A stretch of 64,000 nt of DNA from an uncultured Thermoleophilia bacterium. GTDB lineage: Bacteria > Actinomycetota > Thermoleophilia > Gaiellales > Gaiellaceae. Below the pieces are notes generated by a model. The model did no database searches. It worked only from the letters and a program-made list of their open reading frames with translations, and was not told where the DNA came from. Location: NCBI GenBank assembly GCA_963840365.1, contig CAWIYQ010000002.1:78777-142776 (forward strand), read 5' to 3'. Below, piece after piece: positions 16,491-24,901 of the stretch. The first letter of the stretch is position 1. The number at the start of each line of letters is the position of its first letter. The position numbers and the translations under genes were made by a program.

Positions 16491-17728
16491 CGGCGCGCCT
16501 TCGGCACGGGCAGGATGCCGCGCGTCCGGCGCCGGCACGCGCGGCGGCGATGGCGGTCGACCTCGTCGGTGAGCACGTCGAGCGCGCTGTCGACGAACCG
16601 TGCCACGCCGTCAGGGTGGCGGCAGGCGCCGCGTCGGCGCACCTGGCTCGTCCAGCGCCTCAGCTGCTCCACTGCTTCCCCGTCGCCCTCCGCCAGCCGC
16701 TCGAGGGCGCCGGCGATCGCCGGCAGCCCGTGGGTGCACGGCCCGCACTGTCCGGCGCTCTCGCCCGCGAGGTAGCGCACGACGCGCGCGCACTCGCCCA
16801 GCCCACAGGTGTCGCGGGGGAGCGCGACGATCGCGCCGGCTCCGAGCATGTCGGGCGTCAGGCGAAGAGACTCGGCGCCGTTGGGCGTGAGCCAGGCTCC
16901 GAAGTAACCGCCGACCAGCACGCCGGCGAGGTCGGCCGTGAAGCCGCCCGCCCTCCGGACGAGCTCTCCCAGCGTGCTGCCGAAGGCGATCTCGTAGACG
17001 CCGCGGCGGGCGACGGCACCGTTCAGGGTCACCAGCGCCGTTCCCGGCGCGTCGGGCGTGCCGACCGAGCGGAACCACTTCGCACCGAAGCGAGTCACGA
17101 GCGCGAGGTGGGCGAGCGTCTCGACGTTCTGAACCAGCGTCGGCGCACCGCGCAGCCCGCGCTCGAACGGATACGGCGGCTTCGTCGTCGGACGCGCGGG
17201 GCCGCCTGCGAGCGCCTGGAGCAACGCTGTCTCCTCGCCGGTCACGAATCCGTCGGGCACCATCGCGACCTCGACGCGTATGTCGTCGCGCCGCTCCTGC
17301 AGCGCCTCTTCGAGTGACTGGCGCTCCGCATGCGCGCTGCGCGCGACGGCCACGATCGCCGTGCGCGCGCCGACGGCGCGCGCGGCGGCGACGACCCCGT
17401 CCACGACCAGATGAGGCGCGAGCCTCATCAGCACCTTGTCCTTGCCGCTCGCCGGCTCGCCCTCGGCGCCGTTCGCGACCACGATCGGGCGGCCGCGGGC
17501 GCTTGCGACGCTCCGCAGCTTCGTCGCGACGTCGAACGCCGCGCCGCCGCGGCCGCGAAGCGACGCGCGCTCGACCACGGCCGCGAGGTCGCCGGGGTCC
17601 GGCAGCGGCCCCAGCCGCTCGAGATGGCGAGCCGCCGTCGTCCGGCCGTTTGCGTCGATCCCGGCCAGGAGACGCTCGGTCCCCACGGGTGCGCGGCTCG
17701 CCGCGCGCGGCCGCGTCTTCGTCGTCAC
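16487..17728 (-). CDS. NuoF-like protein (NADH dehydrogenase subunit F-type FMN/NADH and 4Fe-4S binding domains)
   Basis: LRGRGGAAFDVATKL (GxGGAGF-like), PIVVANGAEGEPASGKD, SLBB-like middle part, ESAGQCGPCTHG plus a distal Cys (4Fe-4S). GTG start overlaps the upstream stop. Confidence 0.85.
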   Translation of the reverse strand: MTTKTRPRAASRAPVGTERLLAGIDANGRTTAARHLERLGPLPDPGDLAAVVERASLRGRGGAAFDVATKLRSVASARGRPIVVANGAEGEPASGKDKVLMRLAPHLVVDGVVAAARAVGARTAIVAVARSAHAERQSLEEALQERRDDIRVEVAMVPDGFVTGEETALLQALAGGPARPTTKPPYPFERGLRGAPTLVQNVETLAHLALVTRFGAKWFRSVGTPDAPGTALVTLNGAVARRGVYEIAFGSTLGELVRRAGGFTADLAGVLVGGYFGAWLTPNGAESLRLTPDMLGAGAIVALPRDTCGLGECARVVRYLAGESAGQCGPCTHGLPAIAGALERLAEGDGEAVEQLRRWTSQVRRRGACRHPDGVARFVDSALDVLTDEVDRHRRRACRRRTRGILPVPKARR

Positions 17729-18822
17729 TGGTCGTCTCCCTGGGCCGTTGCCGCGGCGATCCCGGTCACCGAGTGCGCTGCGGCGTCGATCCTCAGCCCG
17801 AAGTCGATGCGAAGGCGATGGCCGGCGCCGTCGCGCACGAGCGCGACGACGCGCGACCCCTCGAGGGCGACCACGGACCCTGTGTAGACGGAGCGCGTCG
17901 TCGCAGGGACGAACGAGACGCCGCTCGCGGTCATCGAGACGCCCCCGCCGTTCGGCGCCCCGCGCAGGTCGATCCGTGCGGCGCCTTTCGGCCCGCCGCG
18001 GAGCCGCACCTGGATCTGTACGTCGACGAGCCCGTTGGCGGCCTGGCGCTCGGTCACCGTCCCGGCGATCGCGGACACGAACGAGGTGGGCGGCGCGGGA
18101 GCGTGTGCGACGCCGACGAGCGACACGCTACGGGTTACGCCCGAATGCGCGCGAGCGAGCACGGCCGTCGGCGTGCCCGCCCGCCGGGCCCAGCCGCGCT
18201 GCAGCGGCCCGTTCTGATACCAGGCGGCGATCGCGAGCGGCGCCGCGAGTGCCGCCGCAGCTGCGAGGGCGCGGATGCCGGGCCGGCCGCGGCTCCGCAC
18301 GACACGCGCGAGCACCGCGAGGACGACGGCGCCGAGGCACGCGAAGCCGAGCAGCGCGAACCAGCCGAAGCGGGCGTCGCTGCCCGTCCCGAAGGCGTGC
18401 AGGAGGGCGACCGGCCAGGCAGCGTACGCGGCCCAGTGGACCAGGCGCCACGCGCGCGCCGGCACGCGTCGCCGGGCGAGACTGGTGACGACGAGCGCGA
18501 GGAGCAGGTCGAGCGAGATCGCCCCGAGCGCGAGCCAGAGCGGCCGATACGGAGAGGCGAACGGCACGACTGCGGCGGCGAGCGAGATCGGCGCGAAGCC
18601 GTCGGCGACCGTCGTGACGACATGCACGGCGACAAAGACGATCGCGAGCAGCGTCAGGTTGCGATGCGCGTCGGCGACGGCGAACCGCGGCCACTTCCGC
18701 CCACGCAGGCGCACGGCGACGCCGACGCCCATGACAACCGATGCCGTGAGCAACAGCAACGCGACGGTGCCCGTGCCACGCGTCACGAACCACAGCGTCT
18801 TCGTGCTCGCGAGGATCAGCAT
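17725..18822 (-). CDS. Ferric-reductase-like transmembrane domain protein (di-heme b, MsrQ/YedZ-like) with an unassigned ~150-aa C-terminal domain
   Basis: Six hydrophobic segments. His pairs HRNLTLLAIVFVAVH and HWAAYAAWPVALLH are spaced 13-14 residues apart. ATG at 18822. The N-terminal extension in the track ORF is rejected. Confidence 0.8.
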   Translation of the reverse strand: MLILASTKTLWFVTRGTGTVALLLLTASVVMGVGVAVRLRGRKWPRFAVADAHRNLTLLAIVFVAVHVVTTVADGFAPISLAAAVVPFASPYRPLWLALGAISLDLLLALVVTSLARRRVPARAWRLVHWAAYAAWPVALLHAFGTGSDARFGWFALLGFACLGAVVLAVLARVVRSRGRPGIRALAAAAALAAPLAIAAWYQNGPLQRGWARRAGTPTAVLARAHSGVTRSVSLVGVAHAPAPPTSFVSAIAGTVTERQAANGLVDVQIQVRLRGGPKGAARIDLRGAPNGGGVSMTASGVSFVPATTRSVYTGSVVALEGSRVVALVRDGAGHRLRIDFGLRIDAAAHSVTGIAAATAQGDDQ

Positions 18823-19748
18823 GCGATCGCCTCGCGGTCGTCGGGCCAGCCGCAGAGCGTGACGACCGCGCCGTCCAAGCCGACGAGCCGCGCCGGCAGG
18901 CGCCGGCGCCCGAGCCAGGCCGGTGCCTCCTCGCCGAGAACGAGCGCGGCCGTGGTCGCGACGTTCGCGTCGACGCAGGTGGCTGCGGCGACGGAGACCG
19001 TCCGCCACGGGGCCGCCGCAGGCGCCCCCGTCAGCGGGTCGAGGACGTGGTGTGCCTCACCCGCGTCGGTGCGCCAGCGACGGCCGGTCGTGCTCGAGGT
19101 CGCGAGCCCGCCTTGCGTGATCGCGACGCGCGGGCCGCGCCCGTCGAGGCTCGTTTCGTGGAGCTCCGAGACGAGGATCGACCAGCCGCCCTCCGGTGCC
19201 TCGCCGGCGACGGCGACGTCACCGCCGAGCCCGACGAGGACGCCGGTGTGCAGCTCGCGCGCGATCCGCGTGGCTGCCCGGTCGGCGGCGAACGCCTTTG
19301 CGGTAGCACCGAGATCGAGCTCGACGCCCGAGGGCACCCGCACGCCGGGCGGGTCGTCGTAGAGCTCGATCTGCCGCCAGCGGCGGGGAGCCGGTGGTCG
19401 TGGCACGACGTGCCAGGTGTCGCGCGCGCGCACGAGAGCGAACGTCATGTCGTAACCGGCCGCGCGCAGCTCCGACCCGAGCGTCGGGTCGACGAGGCCG
19501 TTCGTGACGTGGGCAGCACGCAGGCCGACCGCGAGGGCCTCGTGCAGATCGCGCCCGATCTCGACCCGGCGACCGCGGGCCCGGTTGACCTCGGCGAGCT
19601 CGGAGTCGTCGCGGAAGCGGCTGCAGGCACGGTCGATGCGGTCGACCTCCTCCTCGAGCAGGCCGCGGGCGCGCTCGAGGAGCCGAGGCGTCGGGACGGC
19701 GACGACCGCGGTCGTACCGAGCGCGGGGAAGGAGGCGCGTGACGTCAC
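18816..19748 (-). CDS. apbE: FAD:protein FMN transferase (ApbE family)
   Basis: FPALGTTAVVAV, GLVDPTLG, LDLGATAKAFAADR and LVGLGGDVAV are ApbE signatures. GTG at 19748 overlaps the upstream stop. No signal peptide or lipobox is visible from this start. Confidence 0.85.
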   Translation of the reverse strand: MTSRASFPALGTTAVVAVPTPRLLERARGLLEEEVDRIDRACSRFRDDSELAEVNRARGRRVEIGRDLHEALAVGLRAAHVTNGLVDPTLGSELRAAGYDMTFALVRARDTWHVVPRPPAPRRWRQIELYDDPPGVRVPSGVELDLGATAKAFAADRAATRIARELHTGVLVGLGGDVAVAGEAPEGGWSILVSELHETSLDGRGPRVAITQGGLATSSTTGRRWRTDAGEAHHVLDPLTGAPAAAPWRTVSVAAATCVDANVATTAALVLGEEAPAWLGRRRLPARLVGLDGAVVTLCGWPDDREAIAC

Positions 19749-20089
19749 GAGCCACCGGAGACGACGACCGGGGATGCGGCCGGCGCCGGCGCGGGAGCAG
19801 GCGCGGGTGCCGGGCTCGAAGGAGAAGGCGCCGGTGCGGCTTCGCGCACGCCGACGAGTGGCGGTGCGGGTGCGACGACGGGCGCCTCGTGCGTCGTGAG
19901 TACCGGCGCCGTCGCGGGAGCCGGCGGCGCCGCCCGCCGCGGGTGGGTCGAGGCCGCCGCGAGCGCGGTGAAGATGCCGGCCAGCGCCGCCGTGATGGCG
20001 ACGAGGGCCCCGGTGACGCGGCGGACGCGCCGAGTGGCGGCGCCGCGGGCGGCGACGGCATGGATCTGGTCGGGGACGTGGTGCGTCAT
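19745..20089 (-). CDS. Membrane-anchored Pro/Ala-rich mini-protein (114 aa)
   Basis: MTHHVPDQ...RRVRRV then TM segment TGALVAITAALAGIFTALAAA, then a PAPAPAPAPAPA-type linker ending ...SPVVVSGGS*. High GC3. Fills the gap between the kinase and ApbE. Confidence 0.5.
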   Translation of the reverse strand: MTHHVPDQIHAVAARGAATRRVRRVTGALVAITAALAGIFTALAAASTHPRRAAPPAPATAPVLTTHEAPVVAPAPPLVGVREAAPAPSPSSPAPAPAPAPAPAASPVVVSGGS

Positions 20090-20142
20090 ACAAGACACCG
20101 TTCCCGACCCGAATGAGACGGTGATGAGGCGCGGGCAGGCCT

Positions 20143-21546
20143 CTACTCGGCGAGTGCCGCCATCGGCGCCTCTGGCCGTTCCGACCCGGAGGCGTCGAGG
20201 GGCACCGAGAGCCACACGTCGGTGCCGCCGCCTGCAGCTGTGCCGCCGACGCCGACGCGGCCGCCGTGGGCGCGGGCGATCGCGGCCACGATCGCGAGAC
20301 CGAGACCCGCGCCGGGCGTCGTGCGGGAGTCGTCGGCGCGACTGAAGCGGTCGAAGGCCCGGTCGGCGAACCCCGGCGGAAAGCCGCGGCCGTGATCGGC
20401 GACGTGGAGCTCGAGCGCCCCGGCCCGGCCGACGGCCTGCAACGAGACGGTGCCCGCCCCATGCGTGAGCGCGTTCTCGACGAGATTCCCCACAGCCTGC
20501 TCGAGCCGCAGCGGGTCGGCGTCGACAAGCGGCACGTTCGAGGGCCGCACCTCGATCGAGCGGCCGAGCTGCTCGGCCCGATGGGAGAAGCGGTCGCGTA
20601 CCGTCTCGAGCAACGCGCCGGCGTCGACCGCTTCGCGGCGAAGTGGGAGGCCGTTCTGGTCCGAGCGCGCGATCAGCAGCAGGTCCTCGGCGAGCCGGCT
20701 GAGGCGCTCGGTCTCTTCGGCGGCGGAGCGAACGGCAGCCTCGAGCTCTTCGTGCGAACGCGTCCGCCGCAGCGCCAGCTCGAGCTCCGCCCGCAGGAGC
20801 GCAAGCGGCGTCCGAAGCTCATGGCTCGCGTCGGCGACGAATCGCCGCTCGTGCTCGAGTGCGCTCTCGAGTCGACCGAGCATCTCGTTCAGCGTCTCCG
20901 CAAGCGCCGAGATCTCGTCGTGGGTCGGGGGGACGGGCAGCCTGCGGCCGGGCGTCGTCGCGCTGATCACGCTTGCGCGCCGTCGCATCGCCTCGACCGG
21001 CCTGAGCGCCGCCGCGGCGAGGGCATAACCGGCGAGGACGGCGATCAGGAGCGCGGCGGGCACGGCAAAGAGGAACTCTCGCGCCAGGCGATGCAACGTC
21101 TCCGACCGGGCCTCGACCGACCGCCCGACCACGAGCGCCGCAGGACGGCCGTCGACGCGGATCGGGACGGCGAGCAGCCGCCAGTCGCCGCGCAGGCCCT
21201 GGACGTCCCGGATCGCGCGGTGCTGGCTCCCATCGACGACGCGGCGCAGGTCGTTCCCTTCGAGCAGCGGCGGCAGGCTCGCCGGCGAGGAGTCCTCGGT
21301 CGTCCCGTTCGCCAGCTGGACCTGCGCGATCGTCGGGCCGTCGCTGACGTCCCGGTCGAGGAGCGCCTTTCCCTCGTCGGCGTGCGAGGTTGCTTCTGCG
21401 ACCTGCGCGCGCAGGTTCTGGTCGACGGAGGAGAGCAGCGCAGCGCCGACGCGCAGGTAGATGACGACACCCATGGTCGCGAACACGAGCACCATCGCGA
21501 CGGCGAACGGCAGCGTCAGCCGCACGCGGATCGGCAGCGAGCTCAC
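20143..21546 (-). CDS. Sensor histidine kinase (2 TM, HAMP, HisKA, HATPase_c)
   Basis: H-box FVADASHELRTPL, N-box NLVENALTHG, G-boxes DHGRGFP and GAGLGLAIV. GTG at 21546 overlaps the regulator stop (GTGA). Confidence 0.9.
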   Translation of the reverse strand: MSSLPIRVRLTLPFAVAMVLVFATMGVVIYLRVGAALLSSVDQNLRAQVAEATSHADEGKALLDRDVSDGPTIAQVQLANGTTEDSSPASLPPLLEGNDLRRVVDGSQHRAIRDVQGLRGDWRLLAVPIRVDGRPAALVVGRSVEARSETLHRLAREFLFAVPAALLIAVLAGYALAAAALRPVEAMRRRASVISATTPGRRLPVPPTHDEISALAETLNEMLGRLESALEHERRFVADASHELRTPLALLRAELELALRRTRSHEELEAAVRSAAEETERLSRLAEDLLLIARSDQNGLPLRREAVDAGALLETVRDRFSHRAEQLGRSIEVRPSNVPLVDADPLRLEQAVGNLVENALTHGAGTVSLQAVGRAGALELHVADHGRGFPPGFADRAFDRFSRADDSRTTPGAGLGLAIVAAIARAHGGRVGVGGTAAGGGTDVWLSVPLDASGSERPEAPMAALAE

Positions 21547-22220
21547 GAACCGTCCTTGCGCAGCCGGTAGCCGATCCCACGGACGGTCTCGATCGATGAT
21601 CGCCCGAAGGGTCGGTCGATCTTCTCGCGGAGGTAGCGGATGTACACGTCGACGACGTTCGAGCGGCTCTCGAACGCGATGTCCCACGCGCCTTCGATCA
21701 GCTGCAGCCGCGACAGGGTCTGGCCTGCACGCCGCATCAGCAGCTCGAGCATCGCGAACTCGCGCGCCGACAGCTCCACCTCCGTCTCGCCGCGCCAGAC
21801 GCGGTGCTGGGCGGGATCGAGCCGCAGGTCGCCGACGTTCAGGACGGCCGGGCGCTCGACCGGGCCGCGGCGGACGACGGCCCGGAGCCGCGCAAGCAGC
21901 TCCGCGAGCGAGAAGGGCTTCGTCAGGTAGTCGTCGGCGCCCGCGTCGAGCGCCCCGACCCGGTCGCCGATCGCGTCCCGGGCGGTGAGCATCAGCACCG
22001 GCGTCCACAGCTCCTTCTCGCGCAGCTGCCGCAGCACCTCGAAGCCGTCGAGGCCGGGCAGCATCACGTCGAGCACGATCGCGTCGTACGGCGCCGTCTG
22101 CGCGAGCAGCACTGCCTCGTCGCCGCGAGAGGCGACGTCGGTGGGATGCCCCTCCTCGCGAAGCGCCCGCGCGACGAGCGCGGCGAGCTTCGGCTCGTCT
22201 TCGACGACCAGCACACGCAC
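21543..22220 (-). CDS. OmpR/PhoB-family response regulator
   Basis: MRVLVVEDE...DAIVLDVMLPGLDG...LTARD...KPF receiver domain plus winged-helix output (VDVYIRYLREKID...IETVRGIGYRL). Confidence 0.95.
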   Translation of the reverse strand: MRVLVVEDEPKLAALVARALREEGHPTDVASRGDEAVLLAQTAPYDAIVLDVMLPGLDGFEVLRQLREKELWTPVLMLTARDAIGDRVGALDAGADDYLTKPFSLAELLARLRAVVRRGPVERPAVLNVGDLRLDPAQHRVWRGETEVELSAREFAMLELLMRRAGQTLSRLQLIEGAWDIAFESRSNVVDVYIRYLREKIDRPFGRSSIETVRGIGYRLRKDGS

Positions 22221-22299
22221 GGTGGGATTGTTCCTGCGTTCGTCGCGACTCGCCCGGCCCTCTCATGTGCGTCTCATCGAACGGTGCTGACCTGAAGGC

Positions 22300-22944
22300 A
22301 TGGACGCGCCCATCGAGGTTGATCGCCCACGTGTCCGGAGCCGGGGCGCCCGGCTGCTACGCGGGGGTGCGGAGGGCAATGCCCGCCTGACCGCGGTCAC
22401 CGCCGCCGTGCTGCTCGTTCTGCTCGCGGCCGAAGGAGCGACGATCCCGTTCGTCCATCAGCAGCTGACGCTGCACATGGCGCTCGGCCTCGCCCTGATC
22501 CCGCCCGTGCTGCTGAAGCTCGGCACGACCGGCTGGCGGTTCTTCCGCTACTACCTCCGCGATCCGGAGTACGTGCGGCGAGGCCCACCGCACGCGCTGC
22601 TGAGGCTCCTCGTGGCGCCGCTCACCGTCGCCTCGACGGTCGTCCTCTTCGGCACCGGCGTGCTGATCGTCGCCATGCACCCGCAGCGGGGTTTCGTCGT
22701 CGGCCTGCACAAGGCGAGCTTCATCGTCTGGTTCGGGGCGATGGCCGTCCACGTGCTCGGGCACGTGCTCGAGCTGCCCGGGCACGTTCGCGCCGACCGC
22801 GAGAGCGACCTCCCGGGTGCCGGCGTTCGCTCGTTCCTGCTTGCAGCCGCGCTTGTCGCCGGCGCCGTCGTGGCGATCGCCGCACTGCCTTCCATCCACC
22901 AGTGGGTTGACTGGGCCGCACAGCATCGTCAGTTCGACCACTAG
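22300..22944 (+). CDS. Integral membrane protein, 4-5 TM, conserved His residues, unknown function
   Basis: Hydrophobic segments with His in or near the membrane (FVHQQLTLHMALG; GLHKASFIVWFGAMAVHVLGHV). No family assigned. Confidence 0.65.
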   Translation: MDAPIEVDRPRVRSRGARLLRGGAEGNARLTAVTAAVLLVLLAAEGATIPFVHQQLTLHMALGLALIPPVLLKLGTTGWRFFRYYLRDPEYVRRGPPHALLRLLVAPLTVASTVVLFGTGVLIVAMHPQRGFVVGLHKASFIVWFGAMAVHVLGHVLELPGHVRADRESDLPGAGVRSFLLAAALVAGAVVAIAALPSIHQWVDWAAQHRQFDH

Positions 22945-24901
22945 AACCGTTGCCGCCTTCGCGGCAGTCGTCGTTGCCGGCACGGCGCTCGTGGCGTGCG
23001 GTGCAACGCCTGCCCATACGGCCGCGACGACCGTGGCGACGACCAAGGCGAAGCAGATGGTGCGCCACGTGGTGCCAAAGCCGTCGTCGCCCGCGGCACG
23101 GCTGCTCGGCCTCCCGCCGGTGGCGGCGGGCCCGGTGCCCGGGTACGTGCTGATCGCCGATCGCAACAACGATCGCCTGCTGATCGTCTCGCCCGCAGGC
23201 CGCGTGGTCTGGCGGTTCCCGCGCCCGGGCGACGTGCGCGCGGGGCAGTCGTTTCACGACCCGGACGACGCATTCTTCACGCCCGGCTACCGCGCGATCT
23301 CGATCAACGAGGAGTTCAACGAGACCGCAAGCCTGGTGGCAGTTCGGGCCCACCGGATCGTCTGGAGCTTCGGCCACGCGGGCGTCGCCGGCTCCGCGTT
23401 CGGCTACCTCTCGAACCCCGACGACGCCTACCTGCTGAAGAACGGCCTGCTGATGGTCGCCGACATCAAGAACTGCCGCGTGTTGTTCATCAACCATGCG
23501 AAGAAGGTCGTGCGCGAGATCGGTCACGCAGGCGACTGCACGCATGACCCGCCGCTCGGTCTCTCGTCCCCGAACGGCGCGACGCCGCTCGCGGACGGCG
23601 GTGTGCTGGTGACCGAGATCGGCGGCTGGGTCGACCGGATCAACGCCTCGGGTCATCTGGTCTACGCGCTGCGCACGCCGACGACGTACCCGTCGGACGC
23701 GCAGCTGCTCCCGAACGGCGACATCCTGGTCGCCGGCTTCAACACGCCGGGCCGCGTCGACGAGCTGACGCCCACCGGCCGGATCGTCTGGACGTACGAC
23801 CCGCCGTCCGGCCCGGGCGCGCTCGACCGCCCCTCGCTCGCCGTGCGTTGGCCGAACGGGATGATCGCCGTCACCGACGACTGGCATCACCGGATCGTCG
23901 TGATCGATCCGCACACGAAACGGATCGTCTGGTCGTATGGCCACCTCGGGGCGCCGGGCACGGCGGCCGGATACCTCGACAAGCCCGATGGGCTCGATCT
24001 GCTGCCGGCAACGGTCGCCGGGCATCGCGCGCGCCGGCCCGCGCCGGTCCGGGCGTCGGCCGCCGCTGCGCCGGCGCTTCGCGTCGCGCGGGTCGGGAGC
24101 GTGCCGGCGCCGCTCGCGCGCGCTTCCGTCGTCGCCCTGCCCGGCGGACGTCTCGTCGTCGCGGGCGGCCTCGTCGGCGGCTCCTCGACCGACCAGGTGC
24201 TCGCCGGGCCGCCGCAAGCGCTGCGGCGGGTCGGGAGCCTGCCGGTTCCCGGCCACGATGCGGCTGCCGCGCTCGTCGGCGGCGGCGTCGACGTGTTCGG
24301 CGGCGGCCAGTCGTCGTCCGTCGACACGGTCGTCCGGATCGACCCGTCGACGGGAGCCGCGCGCGTGACCGCGCATCTGGACGAGCCGCTCTCCGATCTG
24401 GGCGTCGCCGTCGTCGGCCGCACGCCGTATCTGGTCGGGGGCTACACGGGCTCGCGCTTCGCGAGCGCCGTCCTCCGCTACGCCGGGACGGGCCATACGA
24501 CGACGGCGGCTCGGCTGCCGGCCGGGCTCCGCTACGCCGGCGTGGCGGCGCTAGGTGGGACGATCTACGTCGCCGGCGGCCTGACCACGTCCGGCGAGAT
24601 CGCCGCGGTCGAGGCCGTCGACCCGGGCACGGGAGCCGTCCGGCGGATCGCGACGTTGCCGACGCCGAACGCCTACGGAGCTCTCGTCGCGTTCCGCGGG
24701 GCCCTGTATCTGATCGGCGGCAAGACGGCCGCGGGCACGCCGGTGGCCACGGTGCTGCGCATCGATCCGGGCTCCGGACGCGTCGCGCGGGTCGCGACGT
24801 TGCCGTCGCCGCTTGCCGAGCCTGCCGCCGTTGCGCGCACCGTCGATGTGATCGTGGTCGGCGGCGAGGGCAGCGACGCGGTATACAGCCTGCGGCCGTG
24901 A
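22907..24901 (+). CDS. Lipoprotein with an N-terminal beta-propeller (NHL/ASST-like) and C-terminal Kelch-like repeats
   Basis: Lipobox AGTALVAC|G. Repeated ...DRLLIVSPAGRVVW / HRIVVIDPHTKRIVW blades, then GG..G........V / Y..GG Kelch-like repeats. The TTG start at 22907 is tentative (the track ATG at 22817 would overlap the upstream gene by 128 nt). Confidence 0.7.
   Translation: MTGPHSIVSSTTRTVAAFAAVVVAGTALVACGATPAHTAATTVATTKAKQMVRHVVPKPSSPAARLLGLPPVAAGPVPGYVLIADRNNDRLLIVSPAGRVVWRFPRPGDVRAGQSFHDPDDAFFTPGYRAISINEEFNETASLVAVRAHRIVWSFGHAGVAGSAFGYLSNPDDAYLLKNGLLMVADIKNCRVLFINHAKKVVREIGHAGDCTHDPPLGLSSPNGATPLADGGVLVTEIGGWVDRINASGHLVYALRTPTTYPSDAQLLPNGDILVAGFNTPGRVDELTPTGRIVWTYDPPSGPGALDRPSLAVRWPNGMIAVTDDWHHRIVVIDPHTKRIVWSYGHLGAPGTAAGYLDKPDGLDLLPATVAGHRARRPAPVRASAAAAPALRVARVGSVPAPLARASVVALPGGRLVVAGGLVGGSSTDQVLAGPPQALRRVGSLPVPGHDAAAALVGGGVDVFGGGQSSSVDTVVRIDPSTGAARVTAHLDEPLSDLGVAVVGRTPYLVGGYTGSRFASAVLRYAGTGHTTTAARLPAGLRYAGVAALGGTIYVAGGLTTSGEIAAVEAVDPGTGAVRRIATLPTPNAYGALVAFRGALYLIGGKTAAGTPVATVLRIDPGSGRVARVATLPSPLAEPAAVARTVDVIVVGGEGSDAVYSLRP

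Noticed and set aside
17314-19362. Very long ORFs in the six-frame track opposite to or out of frame with the called genes (for example 17314..19362 +, 14039..16006 -, 58791..60377 -, 52275..55460 +, 59702..61966 +, 41079..42113 extension, 55582..56226 extension, 38785..40230 -).
   Set aside because: Their translations are Arg/Ala/Pro/Gly-rich low-complexity strings with no motifs. This is typical of stop-poor alternative frames in high-GC DNA. Each overlaps a frame with clear family motifs and strong third-position GC bias.
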